IMG/VR virus record: IMGVR_UViG_3300003323_001224 | Span: 12,639-76,638 of that record | Reading direction: 5' to 3' (one strand) | Length of the DNA stretch: 64,000 bases | Source: a virus | Shown: piece by piece, positions 29,358 through 37,719 of the stretch | Position numbering within the stretch: the first letter of the stretch is position 1 | Layout: every line of letters begins with the position of its first letter | Program-made: the position numbers and the translations under genes | The notes under the pieces: model-generated | Databases searched by the model: none | Seen by the model: the letters and a program-made list of their open reading frames with translations, nothing else | What the model was told of the DNA's origin: nothing

Positions 29358-30806
29358 TTAAAATTTCCTTGAAAAATCATGCTCCATATTTCCTAGCATA
29401 AGGCCTAACCCATCCTTTAAATATTCTTCCGTCATGCTGGGTGTAGCATGCCCGCAGTATTGTTGGATAAGCGCAATAATAACCCCCCCCATGTACATAT
29501 GGATGCAGCGGGTATGCTTCCAGGAATAATTAGTTAATTTAGGTGAAAATCCTCCAGGCTCCCGTACTTCATCCCTGAATTTGTCGCTAAAAAAAGCGCG
29601 ATTCGTAGGGACCGGTCCCGGTGGCCCATCTATACCAAAGATGTAGTAGTGACCCGGACAATCCTTTAAACCCATTCTGATAAAAAGTTCTATCAGTTCC
29701 GGTTCCATGTGAATGAATCTGCCGCGCCCCTTTTTTGCCTTTTCGTCGGGAATCATTAATTTATTTCGACCCCAAAGAATATTTTCCACTTGTAAGTTAC
29801 GTGTTTCCTTATCAGGCCGGGTGCCCGTGTAGTATATTACCTCACTAAAATCATGCAGGTATTTTCCCCAATAAGGGACAGCCAGAATTGCCTTTTTCAC
29901 AGCCGGTATGATACTATCTTCAAAAGGAGTATGCCTGATCTTAGTTCCCTTCCTCATCAACTCGACACCTTCAGCAGGGCTTTTGCTTATAATCTGTAGT
30001 TCGTCTTTACAATAATTAAAAAATGTAACAAACTTTTTTACCTTATCATTGTATGTCAAAGGCGCCCATTCCTTTTCCTCTCTCTTTGCCGCGAGAAAAT
30101 CTTCCAGGTCATCTTGCGTGAAGGTCGCAATATCATCATACCACTGGCTTTCTTCCAATAGCGTATTTTTAGCTATATGCTTTTTCAACAAATTCAAGGG
30201 CACTGCATATGACTTTCGGTTCACTTCATCATAGTGTTGCAAAAAAAGCTCACTGGCCGCATTCAAGGTAATGACCTGCTTTTTAGCTTTCTTTTCTGCC
30301 TCTTGTTCGGCTAAGATCCTATTATACTCGTCTATCTCATATTGGAATGGGCTGAAGCCATTCTCTAGCTCTTTAAGCATGGTGGCCAACAGCTGGAGCG
30401 CAAATTCAGGGTCCTGCGCGACTCCTTTGAAAACGCGAAAACGTTCCCATTCTCCCGGCGCATTGTGTCGCTGTTGCAATACGGGCGGTAGCCCAGGAGG
30501 CACCTTAAAATAGTATTCAATATACTTTTTCTTCCCCTCAACGAGCTTGGGCGGTTTCCAGGTTATGTATTTTCCCGTTGACACTTTTTTGGCAATTTCC
30601 TTTGTCAAAAATACGAACTTTTTGATTTTCAGGTCTTTGTTTTTTTTAGGGTTGATCGCGTGTATCAACTCGGCATTTTCGACTTCCGGAGTATTGCTGA
30701 TTTTCAGCGCTTTAGATTTTTGCATGGTGATCTTTTTTAGGCGATTTTGGCAATTTTTTGACAATTTTTCTGAGCCAAATCTACATCGAATTCGCCATTT
30801 CTGCAA
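29358..30806 (-). CDS. int: Tyrosine recombinase / integrase
   Basis: YYTGTRP (R), KAK (K), YSWKHT, CGHA, TEEY (Y); SAM-like domain upstream; true start probably downstream of 30806. Confidence 0.85.
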   Translation of the reverse strand: MQKWRIRCRFGSEKLSKNCQNRLKKITMQKSKALKISNTPEVENAELIHAINPKKNKDLKIKKFVFLTKEIAKKVSTGKYITWKPPKLVEGKKKYIEYYFKVPPGLPPVLQQRHNAPGEWERFRVFKGVAQDPEFALQLLATMLKELENGFSPFQYEIDEYNRILAEQEAEKKAKKQVITLNAASELFLQHYDEVNRKSYAVPLNLLKKHIAKNTLLEESQWYDDIATFTQDDLEDFLAAKREEKEWAPLTYNDKVKKFVTFFNYCKDELQIISKSPAEGVELMRKGTKIRHTPFEDSIIPAVKKAILAVPYWGKYLHDFSEVIYYTGTRPDKETRNLQVENILWGRNKLMIPDEKAKKGRGRFIHMEPELIELFIRMGLKDCPGHYYIFGIDGPPGPVPTNRAFFSDKFRDEVREPGGFSPKLTNYSWKHTRCIHMYMGGVIIALIQQYCGHATPSMTEEYLKDGLGLMLGNMEHDFSRKF

Positions 30807-30833
30807 TTAAATCCGGAGGATTTTACAATTAGG

Positions 30834-33102
30834 GTTGTGAATTCCTTTTAAAATTGAACGCTCAGTAACTAGAATACAAACTGATGTTCAACCTTTACTG
30901 TTGTAATTACATTTACAAAAAGTGCATTCAACATTGATACATATTACGGCAAGCAACATGAATGTTGTGACTTCCTTTTCAAACATATTATTTAGGGAGG
31001 GCAATAAAATAAGATGGATTATAAAGCATTATAGTCGTACTATCCTTAGTACGCTACTAAGCTTGCGTTGTGACTTCCTTGTTCAGTGGTTCAATATCTT
31101 GCGATCTTCTCTAAAAAACAACAGTCAATGAGTGGCCAAAACTCTGGCAGTTGTGAATTCCTTTCAAAATGGATTTTCCTACAACCCAAGCTGCGTAGGT
31201 AAACCTTCCTGTTGTTGTGATTTCCTTTTAAATAGATGCAGCCTACAATTCCCCTTCAACTAACTTTCAAAGCCATATAACCATTTTCTCGTTGTGATTT
31301 CCTTTTAAATAGATGCAGCCTACAACTGGTGAGTAGGTTGTTGTTTCCGAGGAGCAGTTGTGACTTCCTTTCAAAATTAAGCTTCCTACAGCCAACCTCC
31401 TCTATCCTTATATTCCTGAGTTGTTGTGACTTCCTTTCAAAATTGAGCTTTCTACAACAAATGCTTAAAATTGGATTCCATAGCCATAGTTGTGAATTCC
31501 TTTCAAAATTAAGCTTCCTACTACTGGACAGGGCCTGGGGTAACAGGACATAGGTTGTGATTTCCTTTCAAAATTAAGCTTCCTACAAAGTATAGCTTTT
31601 TGGATATTTTTCACGGTAGTTGTGACTTCCTTTCAAAGGAAAGGTTCTTGCAACTTTCATAGGTGGGGTTTACATTGTTATCGAGTTGCGACTTCATTTC
31701 AAAAATTGAGGTTGATACAAATGGCGCCCCTGGACAAGTTCTTTGTCACCGTTGTGACTTCCTTTCGAAATCAAGCTTTCTACAACCCTAGCCCACATAG
31801 GCACGGGATACCATTGGTTGTGACTTCCTTTCGAAATTAAGCTTTCTACAACTCATTAATCCTGCCTCCGCTTATCGTTCCTGTTGTGAATTCATTTCAA
31901 AATTAAGCTTCCTACAACAATTATGGCAAATATATATAACGACTCCTAAGTTGTGACTTCCTTTCAAAATTAAGCTTCCTACAACCCCTGGCGATTAACG
32001 TGACGTCCCATTAATGTTGTGACTTCCTTTCAAAATTAAGCTTCCTACAACCAAACAATGTCATACTTTTATAATTAACTCGTTGTGACTTCCATTCAAA
32101 ATTAAGCTTCCTACAACTAAGTTCACGAACATCATATGAAGATAGGAGTTGTGACTTCCTTTCAAAATTAAGCTTCCTACAACCAGCCGACGGGCGGCTA
32201 TTTAAATAGGTTTGTTGTGACTTCCTTTGAAAATAAAGCTTCCTACAACAGTCAGCCCAATTATAAGAGATACACCTATGTTGTGACTTCCTTTAAAAAT
32301 AAAGCCTCCTACAACTTACCAAAACCAGTGACAACAACGGGACGTGTTGTGACTTCCTTTCAAAATTAAGCTTCCTACAACAATGTTCGATCATTCCTTT
32401 TTTGAAAGTACGTTGTGACTTCCTTATAAGCTTCCTACAACCGGCGCATGGCATGGGTACGCAAATGAAGTGTTGTGACTTCCTTTCAAAATTAAGCCTC
32501 CTACAACACATCAGCAGCGCAGATACCGGCAATTGCCGTTGTGACTTCCTTTCAAAATTAAGCTCCCTACAACAAAAATGAAAAAGGTTTACAATGTCTC
32601 GTAGTTGTGACTTCCTTTCAAAATAAAGCTTCCTACTACGGTCGATGTTTTGATAAGTCATCACTCATAGTTGTGACTTCCTTTGAAAATAAAGCTTCCT
32701 ACAACTGTTGTGAGCAACTACGTATAGGCGTGCTCTGTTGCGACTTCCTTTAAAAATAACCTTCCTACAACAGCGTGCCCAAGATCAGCTACGACGCCAA
32801 TGTTGTGACTTCCTTTCAAAATTAAGCTTCCTGCAACCAGCAACCAATCCTCAATCATTGCTTTGAAGTTGTGACTTCCTTTCAAAAATAAGCTTCCTAC
32901 AACAGGACCTGATAACAGGCCACACGACATTACGTTGTGAATTCCTTTCAAAATTAAGCTTCCTACAACCGAGATCCTTTTCACGTCAAACGACCAGCAG
33001 GTTGTGAATTCCTTTCAAAATTAAGCTTCCTACAACAGGCCCAGTCCGCTCCCGTCCGTCAGCCGCGTTGTGAATTCCTTTCAAAATTAAGCTTCCTACA
33101 AC
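30834..33102 (-). CRISPR. CRISPR array of about 34 repeats (30 clear from 31150, 4 degenerate), 36-nt repeat, mostly 30-nt spacers
   Basis: + strand repeat GTTGTGA(C/A)TTCCTTTCAAAATTAAGCTTCCTACAAC with ~66-bp period; degeneration towards 30834 puts the leader at the 33103 side. Confidence 0.97.
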
Positions 33103-33281
33103 CTGTTTCGCTAGAAAGCACACCTCTCCTGCATTACAGCCTATATTGTCACAATAAAAATGCGAAACATTCTCGAAAAAATGAGAATAATAAATTAAAA
33201 AAAGGATTCAGGAGTGCTTCACGGCCTCCCGCTCAGGACGTACAACCGCCCCCTAATATTTTCAAAGAACTTGATGAGATT
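33103..33281 (-). ncRNA. Leader plus candidate guide scaffold/tracrRNA
   Basis: About 80-nt GC-rich segment ending in a T-run just after the cas gene stop, then an AT-rich leader. Confidence 0.4.
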
Positions 33282-34376
33282 TTATTGTATCAAAAGTTCA
33301 ATCCCAAACTTTTTGCATTTGTATTGTATCATGTTTATCAATCCATGATACGACCAGTTTCTTAACAAGAACTGATTTTTTGGATCTTTCGCTTCCTCCT
33401 CTTTCTCCTTCTGATCAACGAGAATCAATTTGCCGCATCGATATGCGACGCACAAATCTACCAATTTCTTACTATAACTGTGCAATTTGGTCTGCACATA
33501 ATGTCTTTCTTCTTCAGAGAAACGTTCAGTGGCTTGCAGCTTCCGTTTTCTACCTTTGCCTCCTTTGTTGAACCGAGCGGCTCTTTGCGCTCTTCTTAGT
33601 CCCTCTTGTATACTAATTCTACCGTATAAGAACTCATCTTTGGTCCCGATGGATAATTCCTTTCTATTTACTTTGGCCACAATAGGTACATCCAGGCTGA
33701 GAGAAGCTGTCATAGCAACGTCCACATCCAAAACTACTGGTTTTTTTTCAATTTCAAAGACTGCTAATAAAAAAATTTTCTTTTTCTTCAACTGTATAGA
33801 ACTATCGCAAAGAGAATGTATGCCTTTCAAAGCTTCCTCCATCAGCAACCGGTTATTGCTAAAGTCATAACCGAAATGCGTTCGAAACGGAATGCCCCAC
33901 ACTTCAAATTTGTAATTTTCGCTGTCTTCAGATAAAGACCAATTGCGCATAAGAATAGTTGGCAGCGGCATTGGAATGTCTCGGCGATAGGTTCGCAAAG
34001 CGCGCTTTCCGGAAAAATATTCCTTCCGCTCCTTGCTAATGTTTGCTGTGACGAGGTTGTTTATCGCAGAAACACTTGCCATTGGCGCCTCGCCCTTGAA
34101 CTTTTTTGAATTTACCTGGTAGGTTGTATTGGGACGGCTCGTAGTTAATATCCCCTCTTCCGCTTTAATTCTATCCTTCAATGTGATTTTGAAATCATCA
34201 TGAAGATAAAAGAATTCGGAAATATTTTCCTGAAAATATTGATGGGTGGCCGTGTGGTTAGCAGCCCTAAATATTATTTCATTCCATTTGCGCAATTTTG
34301 CATAATTATCTTTAAACTCTTTTTTATCAGAATCTATAAATAATTGAATTTTTCTTGTTATGATATTTTTAGCCAT
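33282..34376 (-). CDS. Cas12f/TnpB-family protein, predicted nuclease-dead
   Basis: ITRKIQL N-terminus, CDSSIQL, GGKGRKRKL, H.YSKKLVD and LRNWSY..L..MIQYK...GI Cas12f motifs; RuvC-I (TASLS) and RuvC-II (LILVD) lack catalytic D/E; ends before the Zn finger and RuvC-III. Confidence 0.8.
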   Translation of the reverse strand: MAKNIITRKIQLFIDSDKKEFKDNYAKLRKWNEIIFRAANHTATHQYFQENISEFFYLHDDFKITLKDRIKAEEGILTTSRPNTTYQVNSKKFKGEAPMASVSAINNLVTANISKERKEYFSGKRALRTYRRDIPMPLPTILMRNWSLSEDSENYKFEVWGIPFRTHFGYDFSNNRLLMEEALKGIHSLCDSSIQLKKKKIFLLAVFEIEKKPVVLDVDVAMTASLSLDVPIVAKVNRKELSIGTKDEFLYGRISIQEGLRRAQRAARFNKGGKGRKRKLQATERFSEEERHYVQTKLHSYSKKLVDLCVAYRCGKLILVDQKEKEEEAKDPKNQFLLRNWSYHGLINMIQYKCKKFGIELLIQ

Positions 34377-34468
34377 TAGGTATTATTTCGGGCAAAATAT
34401 GCGAAATTAGTTACATTGGCAAATAAACTTCGATGTTAGCGGGGCAATTAAATAATTGAGATAATCAT

Positions 34469-34756
34469 TCAATTTTTGTATTCTGAATTCGGCTTGACAT
34501 CCTCCATCCCCATGAACTCATCAATAGGTTGGATAATGTATTTATCGTTGCTTATGATGTCGATTAAAATAAGTGATTGACCCAATCGTTCTGATTTAAA
34601 ATTGGTATGTCTTAGAGATCCCCTGATAGCACCCTGCGCTTCATTCAAATCCCAAAAGAAGAGACCTTTCCATATTCGGTGTGCATGCATAACAACAAAT
34701 AGTTGTCCTCTTTTAGGCATTACTTTTTCTTTATTTCGATAGATTTCGGTCATCAT
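34469..34756 (-). CDS. Hypothetical protein
   Basis: 95 aa in a coupled minus-strand run. Confidence 0.5.
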   Translation of the reverse strand: MMTEIYRNKEKVMPKRGQLFVVMHAHRIWKGLFFWDLNEAQGAIRGSLRHTNFKSERLGQSLILIDIISNDKYIIQPIDEFMGMEDVKPNSEYKN

Positions 34757-34998
34757 TATTTCGTGGTTTTATTTGCTTCGTGTGCATTGTAAATAAATTT
34801 CACGGCTTCACCCGCGCATTTAATAAAATCGACATCAATAAATTTTTTGCCCATTGCGTGAATTCTCCAGGTCGATTTTTTGCCAATTTGATATTTACCA
34901 CTTCCTGGAGAACCATACTCCAATATAATCTTTAATCTATAAATATTGGCAACCGCTTCCAGCGCGGCAATTGCGTCTATTGCGGATGGACCTTTCAT
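34756..34998 (-). CDS. Hypothetical protein
   Basis: 80 aa, coupled. Confidence 0.5.
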   Translation of the reverse strand: MKGPSAIDAIAALEAVANIYRLKIILEYGSPGSGKYQIGKKSTWRIHAMGKKFIDVDFIKCAGEAVKFIYNAHEANKTTK

Positions 34999-35234
34999 TA
35001 ATTATCGCCGGCTTTTTCAATTTGATCATTCCATTTCACAAGCCCTGGCATGATCTGAGCCAAAGCATGGACGAGTTCTTTAGGATCTACTCCGGGTCCC
35101 AATACGACTCGATATTTGTCTTCGCCGAGTTCTTTCACAAGGCATAACATGGGCCATCCATTTGTTTGGTTGCACAATTCTTTTATGTTGCGCAAAATTT
35201 CGCTCGTCAGTTCTTTTCGTGTTTCTTCGGTCAT
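34998..35234 (-). CDS. Hypothetical protein
   Basis: 78 aa, coupled. Confidence 0.5.
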   Translation of the reverse strand: MTEETRKELTSEILRNIKELCNQTNGWPMLCLVKELGEDKYRVVLGPGVDPKELVHALAQIMPGLVKWNDQIEKAGDN

Positions 35235-35236
35235 AG

Positions 35237-35306
35237 GTGCGGTCGCCGGATTCGAACCGATCTTTAGGGTTATGAGCCCTATGTGCTGCCGTTACACTAC
35301 CCCGCA
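35237..35306 (-). tRNA. tRNA-Met(CAT), initiator-like
   Basis: TAGGG-CT-CAT-AA-CCCTA (three G-C pairs), GGTTCGAATCC; acceptor stem imperfect. Confidence 0.7.
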
Positions 35307-35315
35307 AAATTACAG

Positions 35316-35387
35316 TTCTCCCTACGGGATTCGAACCCGTGATGACGCCGTGAAAGGGCGCCGACTTAACCGCTTGTCGAAGGGAGC
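35316..35387 (-). tRNA. tRNA-Glu(TTC)
   Basis: GCGCC-CT-TTC-AC-GGCGT, GGTTCGAATCC. Confidence 0.85.
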
Positions 35388-35390
35388 GGG

Positions 35391-35484
35391 TGCGGAGGGG
35401 AGGATACGAGCCCCCACGAAATTAACCTAGAATAAATTTCCATTCATTAGACTGAATGCCGTCTACCAGTTCCGGCACCTCCGC
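35391..35484 (-). tRNA. Atypical Leu-type tRNA with CTA in an irregular anticodon loop (pseudo-tRNA or suppressor)
   Basis: GCGGAGGTGCCGGAACTGGTAGACGG 5' half, long variable arm, CATTCA-GTCTAA-TGAATG, deviant T loop. Confidence 0.55.
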
Positions 35485-35499
35485 AAATCCAATACTTTA

Positions 35500-35820
35500 A
35501 AATAGGGGCAGGTCGTATCCTGCCTGCCCCCAATCATTGTTACGGTTTACAAGACCGCTGCTGATAATGAGTCAGCTGGCAAATTGAAGTTTTCAAACAG
35601 CCTAATGCTCATGCTGTCGTCTGACGATCTACCATCTGATCTACCCCCCCTCCGGGGCGGCTGCTCCGGAGGGGGGGACAGGACTCGAACCTGCGACTTT
35701 CAGATTACCGACTGCTTGACTTCAACAAGTGAAACTTAGCTTAAAGCTTTTGACGCAATGCTTACGCTCATATCTAGGATCTGTTTAAGCTGATGCTAAA
35801 GCTAAAGCTTTGTCAAAGAT
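35500..35820 (-). ncRNA. Structured ncRNA containing a circularly permuted tRNA-like domain (35620-35704)
   Basis: T arm, then loop-closed acceptor stem, then D arm, closed by TCTGA/TCAGA and further stems. Confidence 0.65.
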
Positions 35821-36612
35821 TTATTTTCCGTGAATATATCCAAAGATCTTTTCAGCTGTTAGGCCAGACTGTACAACTTCAACTTCATTGGCTTTTGCCA
35901 AAGCCTCCCGCACTGACTCCTTAAGTTTACTAAGCCTATACAACATTGCCGCTCTATCGCGATGGGAAATCTCACCGGAAAAATGCTGTACTGTCTGCAT
36001 CCCCAAAACGACTTGCGTATCCTTAGAAGCTATTTGAGGCTTATAACCAGATCCATCCTTTAGCAGTTGAATATTTGGATCGGGGAGAATGTATGATTCC
36101 TTCAAGGTAGTTCTATTGGCACTTTCGAAAACTTCTGTTTCCCAAATATTTTCTGACTTCATCTCGCTGTCGTTGGATCGCACCCATTTGATATCATCTC
36201 TCCGGACAGGTAGCGTTTCGTACATTTTTGATAATTCTTTCGAATCCAAAAATGACCGCAAGCGCAAAAGTTCAAGTGTCGTATACTTCCCCCAATCTTC
36301 GCCATCAACAATAAGATTGGCGGTCGCTTTGCCGGTGGCATTTGTCGCCTCAATGGCAAACAAATTTGTTATGTGATCGCCGCAGGTGTCCAGAAAATAT
36401 TTGAGATACTCCGGCACTGAATTTTGTACCGGTTTGAATCCCCTTTTCGAAGGTTCATCTAAGTAATCGCCTTCTGCTTGATAAGTTTGCCGCACTCCCA
36501 CGAAAATTTGGGACTTATGCTTATCAGCAAAAGTGGCTACATATTCCTTCAGCAATGCATTGTACTGAGTACCTGAATGTTCTGTTTTGGCAAGCAAAGC
36601 ATTTTGTTTCAT
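35821..36612 (-). CDS. Conserved hypothetical protein directly upstream of the ncRNA
   Basis: 263 aa from MKQNALL (the longer ORF start overlaps tRNA-Lys); ANLIVDG..ELL.L..LP and FSGE..RL.KLK..V..A..KAN motifs. Confidence 0.7.
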   Translation of the reverse strand: MKQNALLAKTEHSGTQYNALLKEYVATFADKHKSQIFVGVRQTYQAEGDYLDEPSKRGFKPVQNSVPEYLKYFLDTCGDHITNLFAIEATNATGKATANLIVDGEDWGKYTTLELLRLRSFLDSKELSKMYETLPVRRDDIKWVRSNDSEMKSENIWETEVFESANRTTLKESYILPDPNIQLLKDGSGYKPQIASKDTQVVLGMQTVQHFSGEISHRDRAAMLYRLSKLKESVREALAKANEVEVVQSGLTAEKIFGYIHGK

Positions 36613-36630
36613 AATCCTTTTTTTTAATTG

Positions 36631-36703
36631 TTCCGCAACCACGGATCGAACGTGGCACTCCCTGCTTAAAAGGCAGGTGCTCTAACCACTGAGCTATTGC
36701 GGA
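36631..36703 (-). tRNA. tRNA-Lys(TTT)
   Basis: CCTGC-CT-TTT-AA-GCAGG, GTTCGATCC. Confidence 0.85.
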
Positions 36704-36943
36704 TTAATTCATCTTTTTCCTTTGCTGCATCCAAAAATCATTTACTTGTTTGAAAATATGCTCCCACCACGCTGTCAATTCATCTATATTGGGATTCGCA
36801 TGGCTCTCTTTCATCTTATCGATTAATACCATGATACCACCCATAAAAGCCTCTTTCATCATTTGCCATTGATCTGGTGGCGTAATGCTTTTAAACAATG
36901 ATAAACGTTCCATGAAAGTTTCATATTCTTTGTCCAAATCCAT
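36704..36943 (-). CDS. Hypothetical protein
   Basis: 79 aa. Confidence 0.5.
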   Translation of the reverse strand: MDLDKEYETFMERLSLFKSITPPDQWQMMKEAFMGGIMVLIDKMKESHANPNIDELTAWWEHIFKQVNDFWMQQRKKMN

Positions 36944-36948
36944 AACGA

Positions 36949-37215
36949 TTAATTCGATTTAGGTCGCTGCATTATTTTTCTCTCAATCGTCATGAATTCA
37001 CTTCCCGAAAGCAACAAATCCGTTCCGTATTTCGTCCTTACCTTCATTCTCAGATCTCGCCCCGTTTTACTTTTTGGATCGGCGGCGCTGCCATCCAATT
37101 CGCACATTTCCACAAAATCGGTCTCCTCTCCTGACCATTCATGTCCAGGTAGCACAAGTATTTTTCGCCCTTGAAAGAAAGCGTTCAGGTCACCAATAGT
37201 TTTAAATTTTTTCAT
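36949..37215 (-). CDS. Hypothetical protein
   Basis: 88 aa. Confidence 0.5.
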   Translation of the reverse strand: MKKFKTIGDLNAFFQGRKILVLPGHEWSGEETDFVEMCELDGSAADPKSKTGRDLRMKVRTKYGTDLLLSGSEFMTIERKIMQRPKSN

Positions 37216-37222
37216 TGCGTAT

Positions 37223-37432
37223 TCATTTATCCAAAAACGGTATCCCTGACTTTATCTCCATATGTATATGGTATTGCAATTGTGTTTTGGCTGAATTAAT
37301 GATCTTGCCCGCCAACTGGCTAATGTGGCCAATCTCTTTCACATTTACCTGACCCTTTCTAGCTTGCTCATAATACGACAATAGATCTTCTCTCAGATCG
37401 GTGATACCAATAATTTTTTCAGGGTGTTCCAT
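37223..37432 (-). CDS. Hypothetical protein
   Basis: 69 aa, AGKIINSAK.QL.Y motif. Confidence 0.5.
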   Translation of the reverse strand: MEHPEKIIGITDLREDLLSYYEQARKGQVNVKEIGHISQLAGKIINSAKTQLQYHIHMEIKSGIPFLDK

Positions 37433-37647
37433 TTTTCAAAGTCCACTTTAATGCTTGAAGGATAATTATACAATCAACAAGATCGGTTTGTTTCATTAAA
37501 ATTCTTCTATAATATGGCCTATCAGCTGTTGGTATCTTCCATGCACATATCATCCATGCAACATGCATAGCTCGTTGCCTATTTATGTTTCGTTCACAAT
37601 GGTTGGAACAAATAGAACAGCCACATAAAAGTTGGTCATTACCCATG

Positions 37648-37719
37648 CTCCCGCACCTGGATTCGAACCAGGGACCTAGAGATCCAAATTCTCTTATTCT
37701 ACCGCTGAACTATGCGGGG
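37648..37719 (-). tRNA. tRNA-Gln(TTG)
   Basis: AGAGA-AT-TTG-GA-TCTCT, GGTTCGAATCC, unpaired 1-72. Confidence 0.8.

Noticed and set aside
31721-32801. Weak peptide-level similarity of other spacers to phage genes (LDKFF/portal, SVPK/tail, YDVR/ORF 48-809)
   Set aside because: Nucleotide identity is too low to distinguish from chance by eye
30922-32984. ORFs within the CRISPR array (e.g. 31329-31553, 32293-32664, 32718-32984)
   Set aside because: Periodic translations of the repeats, not genes
33282-34376. IS200/IS605 transposon TnpB
   Set aside because: No TnpA and no element ends recognised, catalytic residues and Zn finger missing, and the gene abuts a CRISPR leader
35620-35704. Two-piece tmRNA or intron-split tRNA
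   Set aside because: It has a full D stem, a loop-closed acceptor without CCA, and no tag ORF or matching separate 5' half was identified; the permuted tRNA mimic fits better
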